The notes beneath the pieces were generated by a model, which was given only the letters and a program-made list of their open reading frames with translations, did no database searches and had not been told where the DNA came from. Of a stretch of DNA of 64,000 nt, positions 1-48,931 are shown in pieces. Positions within the stretch are counted from its first letter, which is position 1, and each line of letters starts with the position of its first letter. The translations under genes were made by a program, and so were the position numbers. The DNA is from Chrysomallon squamiferum (lineage: Eukaryota; Animalia; Mollusca): positions 29,202,001 to 29,266,000 of the forward strand of contig CM022665.1 of assembly GCA_012295275.1 (NCBI GenBank), read 5' to 3'.

Positions 1-206
1 AACTCAATCATAAACAGGAAACCACATTCATCATTTTTGATACACCAGACTGGCGGCATTGATTGAAACGTGTAACTTAGCAACTGTCTGCTTATATATA
101 ACATAATAATAATAATAATAACAATAACAACAACAACTCTGTAACATTGAATATTTCAAAGAATATTTAAAAATATGAGTGTACATATATAACAATGATG
201 ATGATG

Positions 207-271
<65 letters not shown>

Positions 272-287
272 TAATAATAATAATAAT
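207..287 (+). repeat. (TAA)n microsatellite; one of many (TAA/ATT)n tracts (also about 3650-3775, 12557-12622, 27628-27686, 28669-28738, 34950-35020, 40401-40455, 46507-46558)
   Basis: Read directly. Confidence 0.95.
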
Positions 288-870
288 ATTAATAATAATA
301 AAATTTAAAAAAGCAAAAACACATATTAATGTTGCTACCACATGTTGCTGCAACAAACTTAAGTTACACAATATCAGGTATTTTTTTTTTTAAATAAGAT
401 ATTCTTATGATATTGGTCATAACGATTGCTTAAATAAATATCTTGCGTTTTTTTTCTTTTTTTTTTTTTTAAAATATAATATTGTTTGTACTCTCAAATT
501 TAAAAAAATAAAAAATAAAAAGTATTGTTATTTAGGTTATGATATCACAGTGTATAAAAATGAGCAATCTAGCTGACTGATTTGTCTAGGAGTGCCTAAA
601 TGTGCAAGATGTAAATAAAACACTCGTTCCTGCCACTCTGTAAAAGTAAACAGTATAACAATAATAATCACAGACAAAACTGGTTCTTACATATGTGGAC
701 GTCAACTTTTCAAACAGTTTTTTGAATGCTTATTTTGTTATGTCGCTGTGAGTTCAAAAATTTGTTAATTTTATATTTTTAGTTTTAAGGATTTTGTTTT
801 TGTTTTTGTGGGTTTTGTTTGTGCTTTTTGGTGTGATTTTTTTTTTTTTTTTTTGGGGGTGTTTTTTTAT

Positions 871-901
<31 letters not shown>

Positions 902-1587
902 TTTTTTTAGCTGTTTTTTGGGGGGTTGTTCTGTTGCTGTGATGTTGGATTTCTGGAGTGTTTCTTTTTGTTGGCTTTTCTTTATATTTTATATAATTTT
1001 AAATAGGCGTAAAGTTCTAAAACTGCTAATTTTGTCGTGTAAAGTTTAAATATCTGTTAATACTTTTAATATGTTCTAACCCATATCCTGCACAAGTTTT
1101 ACTCGTTTGTTTCTGGTGTTTGTTTCAGGTGTGCTTCGAGTCCAAGTTGCAGACGACATATGCACAAAAACTCGGGCACTGCCAAACGACAGACGACACA
1201 CTAAGTGAATTTAATTGCACTGCATTGACTCATTTATCGTGTTTACAACGTATTTCATATTGGACAACTCACAGATAACAGTCTGCATACTTAAAAACAA
1301 AAATGTTTTAGAGTTTTTAAGTTTAAATGGAATTAAAATATAAATCGAATTTATCATAGTATTTATATTTTATTTTAATTTTAGATATGCTGTCATAATT
1401 TTATTTAGTTATTCATTTATTTATTTATTTATATTTATTTAGTCATTTATATTTATTTATTCTTCTTCTTTTAATTTCCCTTAATATAATCAAGACTACT
1501 GAGTAGTTATTTAATTCTGGGATAAATTTTGCCAGTTGTTTTTTTTTTCTTCTTCTTCTTCTTCTTTTATTTCTTTCTATCTTTCCT

Positions 1588-1618
<31 letters not shown>

Positions 1619-1728
1619 GATTTTTTTTCTTCGTAATTTCCCTTGACATAATCAAGATTACTGAGTAGTATCTAAGTAAACAAATTAGTTATCTCTTTAG
1701 GTTAAACAAAACTGACATCTTCTCCGTC

Positions 1729-1770
<42 letters not shown>

Positions 1771-1989
1771 GTATTTCATTTTCATTCTGACTGAAGGGGA
1801 GAAGTAGATGGGGGAAAAAGAAATTTAACTTTTTTTTTTTCTTTTTTTTTTTAATATCTTTCATGTACTTACTGGCCATCTCATAAACTATTTTCAATTT
1901 TGTTTTATTAAGATTTATAACAACAAACAAGATTTGTGTAATTGCATAACGAGCAATTTAATAGCTTTACATTAAGAATTAAAGAAAAT

Positions 1990-2300
1990 GTCCCAGGGCG
2001 GATCAACAGGGACGCCGTGCTGTTGGAAAAGTTGTGTGTTATCTGTTGCGTACAGCTAGATTAGCCCCGCCGGGTAAATTAACCGTTAAATCAGCTCGTT
2101 TCACTCTTGGCTTAACATCGGCTTGGTATGAAATCTCCTACAGGCCCATGAATATGTATGGTTGAATATTTGCGGGGTGTCCGCGTCACGTGACTGATAT
2201 CAAGCTAGCCCGTGTATATACTATATGAACATAATACTATCAAGTGAAGTGAATATCGGCCGCCGATACAAACGTCGACTCCGGTAGTAATGCAGCGGTG
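1990..2300 (+). promoter_or_regulatory. Putative SMOC promoter: CpG-rich patch with GTCACGTGAC palindrome (2186-2195) and TATA-like TATATA (about 2215)
   Basis: Locally GC/CpG-rich segment 240-550 nt upstream of the ATG. The motifs were read directly and the function is inferred. Confidence 0.55.
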
Positions 2301-2536
2301 TGAATTTTATCCTTCTGTCAGAGCGTACGCCAGATAGCTGTTGGATTTCCTTCTTTTTTTTTTTTTTTCTTTCTCTCTGCTTTTTTTTTTCTCTCCCCTA
2401 TTTTCATTTCACTATCGCAATACTGTGTGTTCCCATTCATGGAAAGATGGATTCGCCACTTTTATTTCGTCATGGATGGAGAAAAATGTGATTCCATAGA
2501 GCAGGCTTGTTAAGATCGTTCGGGGAAGCCTCTAGG

Positions 2537-36816
<34,280 letters not shown>

Positions 36817-37619
36817 GCTGTTCACTTCATTTTGATGGACAAAATAATCGAAGAGGAGTCTAGTATTGTTTAAAAGACGTCAAACACTTGCAAGACATTA
36901 GCACTTGCGGTCTTCTGCTTTCGTATATTCCACGAGAGTGTAACGAGACCATTGATTGGATGTTATGAGTTCATAACGTTGATTGGCTGATTTGAATCGT
37001 CGGTGCGATTGGATTGCATTGCATTTCGATTTTCTAATCGTGTTTGGATAACTAGATGCGATTAGAAAGCCAAGTTTAATATTGAACCGTATAATAACTC
37101 GTGTTACTTTTGGTTCTGCATGTACAACTATTTATTAAGAATAAACATTATATGTTGGGAATGTTAGCTCAAATAAGTCAAATTAATATCTGCTTGCTGA
37201 GAGTTACCATGTTTGAAAAGTACTGTATTTGATATAAAATAATCTTGGGGAAAAAAAATTACTTTTAAATAATTTTGTTTCAAATATGTCATGATCGTGA
37301 AGTATACCAATATTTTACTTAAAACTACATTACGTGTGTTATATATACAAAGCCGTTACTTTATAATTAATATTCTGATTTGTTAAATTATCAAGAATCA
37401 GATTACACTTCATTATTATTTTCTTTTTAAATCATCATTAATGAAGTGATATATAAAATAAAAGCATAAAAATTAAGCATCTGTTAATGTTGTCATCTAT
37501 AATTCATAAAATTTCCAGTCATTTAATAATGTGTAGCATTTTGGATTTATTTATTTAATCGAAAATTAAAAACTCTTTAAGTGATGTTATATTAAACATT
37601 TTGTGGAACTTTAGTGAAC

Positions 37620-37657
<38 letters not shown>

Positions 37658-37886
37658 GATTAAATAAAACATTCTATCGATAATGGTACCTTTTGATAGT
37701 TTCTTTAATATTAATAAGGCAAAGGCTTGTGAATTATTTTTTTCAAACTCTTTTTATAAGTACACTGCCAAAGGCATATAAATAAACTGTGTAATATTTA
37801 ATTTATAGATGTACATAGTGTTTAATATACAATGTGAATGCATTATAGTGTATATTATAGCGAAACAATCGAGTATAGAAATTGTA

Positions 37887-37963
37887 CAAAATACGTATAT
37901 TTTCTAATATTTATTAATTAAAAGCAAAATACGTATATTCTCTAATATTTATTAATTAAAAGC
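37887..37963 (+). repeat. Tandem duplication of about 38 bp, two copies with one substitution
   Basis: caaaatacgtatatt(t/c)tctaatatttattaattaaaag occurs twice in tandem. Confidence 0.9.
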
Positions 37964-39653
37964 AATAAGCATATATTATAAGAAATCAAAATTAATAAAT
38001 TTATAAGAACAATACAAAAACACTACTTTTGATTTATATTTCTATGAAATGCAATAACAATTAAAATATTTGAAATTACACAATTTCTTTAATTAATCCA
38101 ATACTTGAGAGGCTTTTCTTCTTTTTTTTAAATTTATTTATTTATTTTCATTTCCCCCCTCAAAAAAAATAAAAATAAAAAATAAATAAATAAATAAATA
38201 AATAAAAACTTAGAGCTGTAAATTGTAACGATCAAAATATCATTACTCAACCTTCACTTAAATAGGATTCGAAAAATAAAAAAAATAAAAAAATAAAAAA
38301 ATCTTTGGGATTGGCGCATATAAGTGTTTTATATCAGTACACTGTGGTTGAATGTTATTTTGAGTTACATTAGTGAGAGCAAAAATCTGTTCAAACATAT
38401 ACAGTTCTAAAAGTCAAGTAGCTACTATTGATCCATAGACAAAGACACTGGTTAGGTATAACGAAACCACAGACAAATGATACGTTGAAACAATTAGAAA
38501 TGAATAGTTACGTTACTCATATTTTTTTTATTTTTTTTTTATCAGACACTTAAAGCTTATGTTTCAAACGATATCAAACATTTATATTAATTGGTGGCAA
38601 AGCTCAGTCAAAATGGTTGTCTGTCTGGTCTCACTGTTACTGATATTTACAAGTTAAATAATATCCATGTTCTTATAATATCAATTGCATGTTAGTGTCA
38701 TCGTCGTAAAATGCATGATTTTATTGTGTTACTGATTAATTCACTTTGTTTCTGCACCACTGTTGTTTTGGAGTTTTTTGGGGGTTCCCCACACACACAC
38801 ACTTATTGCAGCAATGCAGTTTCCGAATGGCACCGTTCAACTGAGCACATACTTACTATTAATTCAAATTCATCTTTTTAAAGATTAACCGATACAAAAA
38901 AATAAAAATAAAAATATTTAAATAAATTAATTAATTAAAAAATAATACAAAAATAAAATAAAAATAAAAATGATAAAATAAAAATAGATTGAGAAAATCT
39001 TTTAAAAAATGTTTTTACATTTTTTTTTTTTTTTTTTTTCTTTTATGACATATAATCTAAAAGATTTTTCTTATAAAACAAAGACCCTCCTGAAAAACTT
39101 ACGAATTCAAAGTATATTTGAAAAAGATAACTTTTTAAAATCCTGTATCTACATACATTTTTATTTTATTTTTTATTTTTTATTTTTTTTAAATGTCGAG
39201 ATTTAATATGCGTTTGATTGGAACTAAATATATAACAGGTTTAATTATTCATAAACTAAAATACGTTGTTTAACAAAAAGTCGTTGATTTTGACTCCCTA
39301 CTAAAGTTTTAAATATCGGTCTTTTGCAGCTGATCAGTTGACATGAGTGCCTAGATCGGGGACTGCACGTGCTTTTCGTGTTGCTATGGACCAATAGGAG
39401 TGTTCCTAAGATGACGGTAGCTGAAATTCATGCATGATTGACCAAACGAATCTGTGTTTTGTTGCCAGTGATATAGGCTTATTTACTCACATTATGAATT
39501 AAATGTTTCTGTTTAAACAGTTGTATGTGAATTATTAGTATGTAAATAACTTTGTGTGCTTTGAGTAAATCATTCTAACTACAAGACGATGGCTGTGGTA
39601 ATGATTTCATCTGGTTTAATGTTTAGACAATGACGTCAAATGTATGAACTGTC

Positions 39654-39705
<52 letters not shown>

Positions 39706-39960
39706 TTTTAATCTAACTCAGCTACTTCAGGAAACAGGATATGTCGTGACATACTTCAAAATATATTTCCTTCATTGGCTTTAGAATAAAAAGTTAAACA
39801 TTCTTTTACGGCCAAGCTTTAAATTCTAATTTACTAAATTTAGCTATAAACTAACTTTCCCATGCATGTGGATAATGAAATAAAAATAAAGAAAACAAAT
39901 TCTCTAAGCAGGATGTGTTATAATTTCGAACAGTTCAAAGGCTTTTACATTTAATTTTTC

Positions 39961-40008
<48 letters not shown>

Positions 40009-40399
40009 TATCTTATCGTCATATTTCAAAAAATTTAGTTAGACTTTTATTTTATTTTATTTTCCCGTTAAGGCTTAGACCGGTGACAGATACAAATATC
40101 GATTGTCAGAGACTGCTTATAACATAACTAACATCGATTGTCAATAGTTGAATATTGATATTAAAATATACTAACGGATATTTCGTTTTTATCATTAAAA
40201 AAAAAAAAAAAAAAAAAAAATGTAATGGAAGTACCTGCGGTTATCAAAGTTGTTTTAATGGTACAGTTGATACGATATACATACATACACAGTCATTCGT
40301 TGAAAATCGATATAGATCGACGAAGAAAGACTGAAGTTTTCCGTTGGAAATTAGTATATGACATTATATTGATGTCTGGTTCTATTCGTTTAATTTTAC

Positions 40400-40458
<59 letters not shown>

Positions 40459-40949
40459 TTTAAATTTATTTGATTTTTGATAAATGACAAAATATGGGAA
40501 AACAATGCTATGTAAAAATTGCTGATTTCAGATACATAATGATTTATTTAACTCTTTTATATCTCATTTTATTAGCTTTCGTTTATTTTAGTTTTTGATT
40601 AACATTTTATTATTATCTTAAAGTTAGGTAGGTAAAAGCAAAGACTATCTGCTTTTTCTCGTTTATGATTTATTTATTGTGTACATTTTGCTGAATAAAA
40701 TTGGTCGTTGGTATTTTTAATTACTGTATTTTAGACTGTATTAATGATTGTGTTATCAAACAGAAAATGCTACTATTATGTGGTGTTTTTATCAAATGAT
40801 GCTACATTTCTTTTGTACAGACAAAGTCATAATGTTTTTGTTTCGTTTTCATTTTATGTATTTCGTAGAACTGTTGCAAAAACCGTCTGTCCAGAGCTAA
40901 ATAAACGTTTTTGTCAATTTTGTTGTTTTTTTTTTTTGTTTTATTCACT

Positions 40950-40981
<32 letters not shown>

Positions 40982-41030
40982 TTATTAATAAAAAAAAAAT
41001 AATCTCATGACAGAAAGAGAGATATGATTT

Positions 41031-41062
<32 letters not shown>

Positions 41063-41535
41063 CTGTTTTGTTAAGATTAAAAAAAGGTTATTCGGAAGTC
41101 GGGCAGATCGTTCTGACACGTTAATCATTTAGCCGTTTGTTTGAAGAAAAGACGAGAAAACACTGTCACTCATTGCTAGTCTTTATTCACACAAATCCGC
41201 TGTACAAAATCTCTGTTTTGACATGTTTCATCAACAGCAAAATGTAACAAATCGCCGTCACACACAAAGAGTATCTGGTGCTAAAACAGGATTGGGAGTT
41301 GCTGCCAGTGTTTTGCACGTTTGCTCAGAAATATGAAACTTGCATAAGAAACGAGGAAAGGTCAAATAATGGTGTTCTCGGAAACAAACGATAACATGTC
41401 GCATTGATACTGTATGAATAGATCGACAAGTTAATCCGAAACCAGACACCACTAAGATGTCAAAGCACATCATCACTAAATCCTTGCTATCGATTAAAGA
41501 AAACAAATTTATTTTTCCATTCGAAAAAAAAAAAA

Positions 41536-41586
<51 letters not shown>

Positions 41587-42923
41587 TAAATAAATAAAAA
41601 AATAAATAAATAAATAAATAAATTTTAAAAATATTTTAAAAATTATGTAATAAAATAAAACTGCCAGTGCTCGTTGGTGTTGACAGTTAATTACACTAGC
41701 AGATTCGGCTGTAATGTAACCTTTCAACACCATTGTAGTAACATAAGAGAGTGCGATTCTTCCAGTCCAGTGCATTACTATTCGCTACTCTTTTCTTTTT
41801 TCTGTAACTGACACTATTCCGACAAGCTGCAAGTAACATGTCTAACCGCATCAGTGTGACAGAAACTTGAACTGCTAGGGCCACTGCGTGCACTGGTAAC
41901 AGAAACATGATTTGGAAGAAAACGTTCGCTGACAACCACTGAAATAAACTTGTAAAGTAACCACACAAATAAAACAAAGTAAACTGAAGTCCATCATCAA
42001 AAGTGCACCAGTTTATTACATCATAGTATTACGGTTATTTTTCATCGTTATTATTTTAATGTTTTAACTTTAGGGGTACGAGCCAAGTCAACATTTTTTT
42101 AACTCTTGGGTGAAGGTAAAATAAAACGTCATATCACGTCAAGGTGACCTTCACTGTTACATATTTTATCTTGTCATTTAGCATGGTGTAAAGAAATCGG
42201 TGCTTATCATTTTATGACGTGTTTCATAATGTAACTATTGCAATGACGTTGACCTTTTTAAATATGTGTGCATATTAATCTACCTGTTTAATGACAGCAG
42301 TCGGTGTGTGCTATTCAAAATTCATATTTTTATTATTAGTAGCACACATTGGTATCGTGACATGTCACGATGGCTTCTAAGAAACCATAATCACAAAAAG
42401 GGACAAATACCCCTCCCTCCCCAAAAATATACAACAGCAAGTAATATAAAATAAAAAAATAAGCACAAAAGAAAACAACCACGCAATCATACTAACCACA
42501 AAAAAAAATGAAGAGAAAAGCCACCACCACAAGATGTGACATTTGAGTAACTATACTTTGAGCGATTGATATATAATGATTGTCAGTTTGAGAGACTGAC
42601 AATAGTGTGACTTATTTCTTCTAGCAACTGGGAGTCAGCGATTTAGAGCAACAGTATTTTGAAAATGTTAAGAAGAAATTAGTTTTAGTAAATTAATTTA
42701 GAAAAATTAAACCCATTATTCAGTTACATTTTGTAAGCTTTTTATAATACTATACATTAAAAAGTGCTTGTGTGGTTATTTCATGTAGGCTCGAATAGCA
42801 TGACAATTAAAATACGCAAACTTGGAACACAGTATACAAAAGATCGACACAGCTAGTCAAACACAAACTGTCCATGGCTCTCCGAGTGGTTTAGCTTACA
42901 AAATTACTTTCCAAGGTTCTTTT

Positions 42924-42954
<31 letters not shown>

Positions 42955-44837
42955 GGGGGGAGAGGGAATCAAGCATACTAATAATACAGTTTGAAAGTGA
43001 TCAGTTTTATCTATTTTTTTGTGCTCATGCATCCATAATGTATGCTTGCATATAAAGTACAAAGTGAAAACTCCAAAGTAAATTTGAAGTGATCTACAGT
43101 CACAACTTGGAAGCGTTCTATCGGGACATTCGCTTAAACCTCCAATCGCTGAAATGATATCATTCAGAATGTAGTCGCTCAAACATCAAAGAACCAGGTT
43201 TAACAAGCCAGTGCAAGATTAAAACACTCTAACAGCAAAGAATAACATTTAATAAAGGAACTCTTGCTGCTTTAAAAACATGCTTCATCTCAATATGTAC
43301 AGATTAAAACATTTAAAACATTTGAAACAAAGACTATCTTTTTCTATGATTTTTAAATAGTAATTCTCAAAGATAAAATTGGTTGAAAGGATAAAATTAT
43401 TTGAAACAACATGCAGATATATCAAATTATGTTCAGTAGCATCATTCCCACCACCATATCAAGTCGAATCTATTCTAGATACATTTTATAAGTGTATAGC
43501 TGGGTATCAAACCTCTTATGTACTGTATATAATAGGCAATAGCACTGGATTAAATATTATGGTTTAGCCAGAATTATTCGAGCTGTACCTGTAAAATCAT
43601 TTAGACATACATGAAAGTAATTATATAATAAAATTCTATTATATCAGTAAAATAACAAAATACAAACAACACAGCATATGTATTTAAAACAAGATTCTAT
43701 TTACCATTATCCTTTCCATTCAATGTTTACATTTCATAATATCTGATACAGATAAACTGTAAATGTGTGGTTTACAAATGTTAATTACTATCTGTTTTTA
43801 ATAGTAAAATAATAATATTTGGGGAAATAAAAGAACAACATAAGAAATGAGTAGACAAACAAAAAGTCAGAAGACTTTATTGTTAACAGCTACGTGCTTG
43901 TGGTACATGACAACAATATTCCATATCAAATTTAAATATTTAAAACCTGATTACATTACCTTCTTAAAAGTATTCTTATAACTTGTCAAAATGCTTATTT
44001 ATTGTTTGTATTACAATAACTTTACAATAAAAAATAAAAAACAAAAAATTTAATATATAAAAAGATGTAATACAGAAATGGAACAAAGTAACTTAATATT
44101 TAAAAAGAATTAAAAAAGATTTTTTTTTACAAAATAAACCAAATCTTAACTAACAGTTATTATTAATAATAATAATAATAATAATAACAAACATTTAAAA
44201 AAATAAACATTAGTAACTAAAACAAATTTTTTTTTTTAAAATCCATTTTAAATAGCAAATAAAATAATAAAAAAAAACACACCACAATTAATGTTAATTT
44301 ACATATTTTGCGTATAATTTCTGTATATACACTGAAGTATTAAGAGTTTTATAAGGGGTCAAACTGAACATTAAAAATAACTTACACGTTATCACAGTAC
44401 ATTCTTTACATGACCCCAAAACCAATGACCTGATACTCCATATCTAACTAAACAAAAGCAAATTTAACAAGCGAATAATAATAATAATAATAAATAATAA
44501 TAACAAATTTTTATTTTAAAAAATCCACAAAAATGTATATATCTATCCTAGCACTTTAAAATTCTGTCTCTTCTTTTTATTTTCTTCAAGTGAAAATAAC
44601 ACAACAGTTGTATAACCTTATTATTAATTCTTACATCATCATCTTCGGAATCAAGAGAAGTAATTTAATAACAGTTTAAAAAAAAAACTGTTATAATTAG
44701 CAATGATTAATCAAAATGTTATCCATCGCAAGAAGTCTGTTACTCTGAGGACACCTGATAACAAATATTGTCCTTCACAAATTCAATTTATTACAATACA
44801 ATTGCACAACAATAATAATAATAATAATAATAATAAC

Positions 44838-44868
<31 letters not shown>

Positions 44869-46504
44869 GCAAATCCTATGTTATACAACATAGCTAAAGT
44901 TTAAAGATTTTTAACCAGCCATTGATTCTAAAGTCTTGTATCTACTTCTTCTTCTTTAACATCTGGTAATAATGAAATAAGAATATAGTTGAAGTCAGGT
45001 CACACACACACCGCAAGCAAACCCTTAGCAACCTGGAAAAAAAATATGAAAAAGAATAACTTAATAATATGAATTACAAAAATTATCAATGAATATGAAA
45101 CCAATAGGATTTATTTAATAAATTGCTGCCTATTTTTTTTTTTTTTTTTTTTTGTATATAAAGACATGTTACAATTTGTGTATCTGTGTGTGTTTGTGTG
45201 TGTGTGCGCACATTTAATTTCTATTATTTTCTTTCTTTTTAATGCTTAATGTTCTCTTTTATAAAAAAAAAAAATTCCTCATTAATCTGTAATTAATGAT
45301 CCATAAATACAACAGATTATACACACGGAGCAAACTTACAAATATCCAAGGCCCCACCCAAAGCTTGTTGATAAATAAACTGACAATAAACTTGTATTCA
45401 AGGATTAGCCTGATGACACATGAACTGGCTCCCATTTCAGTCAATAAAACTTTGATACAGACACCATGGTCATGGTGTTCTGCAGACTGAAAATATGCAC
45501 TGAAATACTTTCAAGTGATATAAACTCTTCAGAAAGGAGCTCAAATTTTCCACATTTTGCATCAGTAATTTTGCATTAAAGTCAGGACAAAGGTGTGTAT
45601 GGCTACATCCAACAGAGAAAATTCAATAAGTGACAAATTTCTGGATGAAGAGTTATGATTTCTATGTGTGATGATTTATGATCTGATGAAGGCTGCTTGC
45701 CCTCTGTGACATACAAGGTATCACTTGACTGCCTGCATAGTACACACCAGCCTCTGTTTATTATCTACTTATTATCATGCTCACACCCAGCTAATGTCCT
45801 CACAAATTCTATTCAACAGTTTGAATTAGAAAAGGTAGTGAAGTAGCACATTAACAAGAGAGAAATATCAACAGGATTTCACATTCCATGTCAGGTTATA
45901 AACTGGATCTTTTAAAAATATCAGAATCCCAGTCTTGCTAGAGGTACAGTCTGTTGTCGTAATCTTATTGTTAATGATGATGATGAGATTTAATTAAGAT
46001 GAAATTATGAAATTACTGAATTTCAGATTCTCAGAAAAGCAAAGTCCTAGATACTCTGTCCCAAATTAAAATATTACTTGCCCAAATAACGATACAGATG
46101 CTAAGTTTAAATGTTAAATCAAATGCCTCAGAAATAAACATATACCATGACATTTTAGATTCAATTAACTGTATCATTTAAAAATATAAACTGTTACTAC
46201 AAGGACTGTGTGTCAGCTAATTAGAAAAAAACCCTATATAAATACATTCTGAATCTGAAGAAAACACACACCACATACTTCTGCATCAGATTTATTAGAA
46301 AATAAGGGTAATAGCTAAATATAAATTTTAAAACTCTGAATTCTGATGTATACTGTTTGAAAATTTCTATTATCCAGATCCAGTTCATTTGTTTATCTGT
46401 TAAAACAATTATGTAAACAAGAATAGAACTTAAAACAAAGATTGATACTGCATCCTTTTAATCTTTTTTTATCTCCCCATGAAGTTAACTATGGAACATA
46501 AAGA

Positions 46505-46558
<54 letters not shown>

Positions 46559-48897
46559 TATAATAAACCCAAAAAGATTTCAGTAAATGTTATACAATTT
46601 AAAATTTCATTACATCTGATGTTAATTTTCAGATACTTATTAATACGTGTAGATTGCATCAGTGATAATAAATTTTAAACACGAAGTAGAATGAATGTTA
46701 ATATTTAAAAGTGGCCACATGTGCAGTCCACATGCAACAAGCAATAAACCTGTCTTCACTGTAATAAAAAACATACATACACTCCAAAAAAATATTTTAA
46801 AAATACACTGCAGGTGTGCATGTTTATTTGTCTGTCTGTTAAATGTAAATATATATATACATATATATGTATATGTGTATGTGTATGTATATGCATGTGA
46901 AAATGTGTATGTGTTTCCACATAATTCCTAGCTATTTAACCAATATTTCATCAGCCCAACACCTGACATATCAAAATCTATTAAATGGTCACATAAAAAT
47001 TCCACCGAAACATTTCAACAGGATCAGACAATCAGGGCCTGATTTGACATGTGCCTGGGAGATGAGACAGAACCTTACACAACCACTTCATATCACTTTG
47101 TGATAAATTCCTGCATCAAAAAAAAAAAATTCAAAAAAAAAAAAATCACACAAACTACCACACAGACCATGCACGTGTTAAGGTGACCACCTTTCTTCTT
47201 GTTATCTCCGCCAATAATGGTGTTCATAAAAACGGGACACCTATTCCGTGTGAAAGGGCAATTGAAAGCAAATATGCACTTTATTCTATAGTAACAGAAA
47301 TACTGCCACTTAAGTGGTATTATGCAGCCCCCACCTGGGCTACATTATACCAAGGATCACAGGGCTGTAAAAAAAAAGAAAAAAAAAAAAAAAAAGAATA
47401 AAAAAAAAAAAGAAAGAAAGAAAGAAAGAAAGAAAAAAAGAGAGAAGATTTTTGTGGTTTTTCAAATCAACAGCATGAATGAATGGTGGAGTGGAGAGTC
47501 TCGGTGACAAGTGTCAATGACACACTGCATGGGCTAAGTGATTAGAGTCTATTGTAGCACAAATGAATGTCAACTGACACAAATGGCCACTTGATTCAAG
47601 TGAACACCTGGCCACAATGAGATAGAACAATCTTGTATTTCATTTGTCCTGATGAATGACTTATTTATACTGTAGAACTCAGAATGCCTTATCAGCTCAT
47701 TCAGAGAAGACCAGATAATCTGCAGTCTGCAATAAATCTTGGTTTTAACCTGCAAACACCTGTTGAAGAGTTTTCATCACCATTTTGCATCACAGTGATT
47801 AATTAATTCAGTTGGGATGCATTTTTTATTTCACTTTCTTTTATTATTATTATTTATTTATTTTTTTTTTTTTTTTTTTAATTATTATTATGTTATTACT
47901 TTTTTTAATAAGCATTATCACAATAAAGAACTTAATTATAAATTATAAAAGTAAAATGAAAATGTAATGTTCGTATTAATTTTTTTTTTTAAAGTATGAA
48001 AAATAATAATAATAAATTATACTGTTATTACAAGTTTGGAAAAATGTCTCAAATATATTCATTAAAATACTTTTTAAAATTTAATTTGATTGAATTAAAT
48101 TTAATATTGATTTCAAATTTCTTTTCCTTTTCAAAACATGAATTTAAAAAAAAATTATACAAAAAAATAAATAAATAAAAGAAACAGCAATAAAAACAAA
48201 ATTAATAATAAGAATAAAAAATAAAAGAAATAAAAACACAAAATCATTTTAGGTATTTTATTTTCTGTAACATGCTCTCCAGATTATTTTCTTCTTCTTT
48301 ATACTGAGATCTTTTTTCACCCCCTGCCAGTCTTATGTATTAAATTGGTCTCTTTCAAGATTACTGTAATACATACACCGATATATATTTTTTTCTACAC
48401 AGTGCATTGATATCAATTTAATCCCTAGATATTTGTAATCAATAAGTTACCATTTATGTCAGTACCTTATGTTTCCCAGATCATTAAATAACTGTAAACA
48501 ATATCATGCATTCATGTCGAAGAAGAAAAAAATGTGGTTTTGTTTGAAACATATGTCCTTTGGTGGCCTGTTGTGACAATCTAATATGCACAATCACCGT
48601 TAAATATGAAAAGAACTAAACTGACTGTTTATTCAAGTATTAAATTGATAGTCAGCATTTTGTATGAATTTAGTGTTTATTATACTAAATACTCAGTGGG
48701 TTTTTTATCAATGCTTCCACAAATCGTATTAAATTTTTTTCTTTAATTAAAAAGAACAACATGTCATTTGCACATTACCCCATGTGTACTTGTAATTATT
48801 TAAATATATTTTTATACTCTTCAGAATGATTATTTTGTTTCTTGTGAACTTTTTTTGTTATTAATAAAGCACATCAATAAACTTATTTATATATATA

Positions 48898-48931
<34 letters not shown>

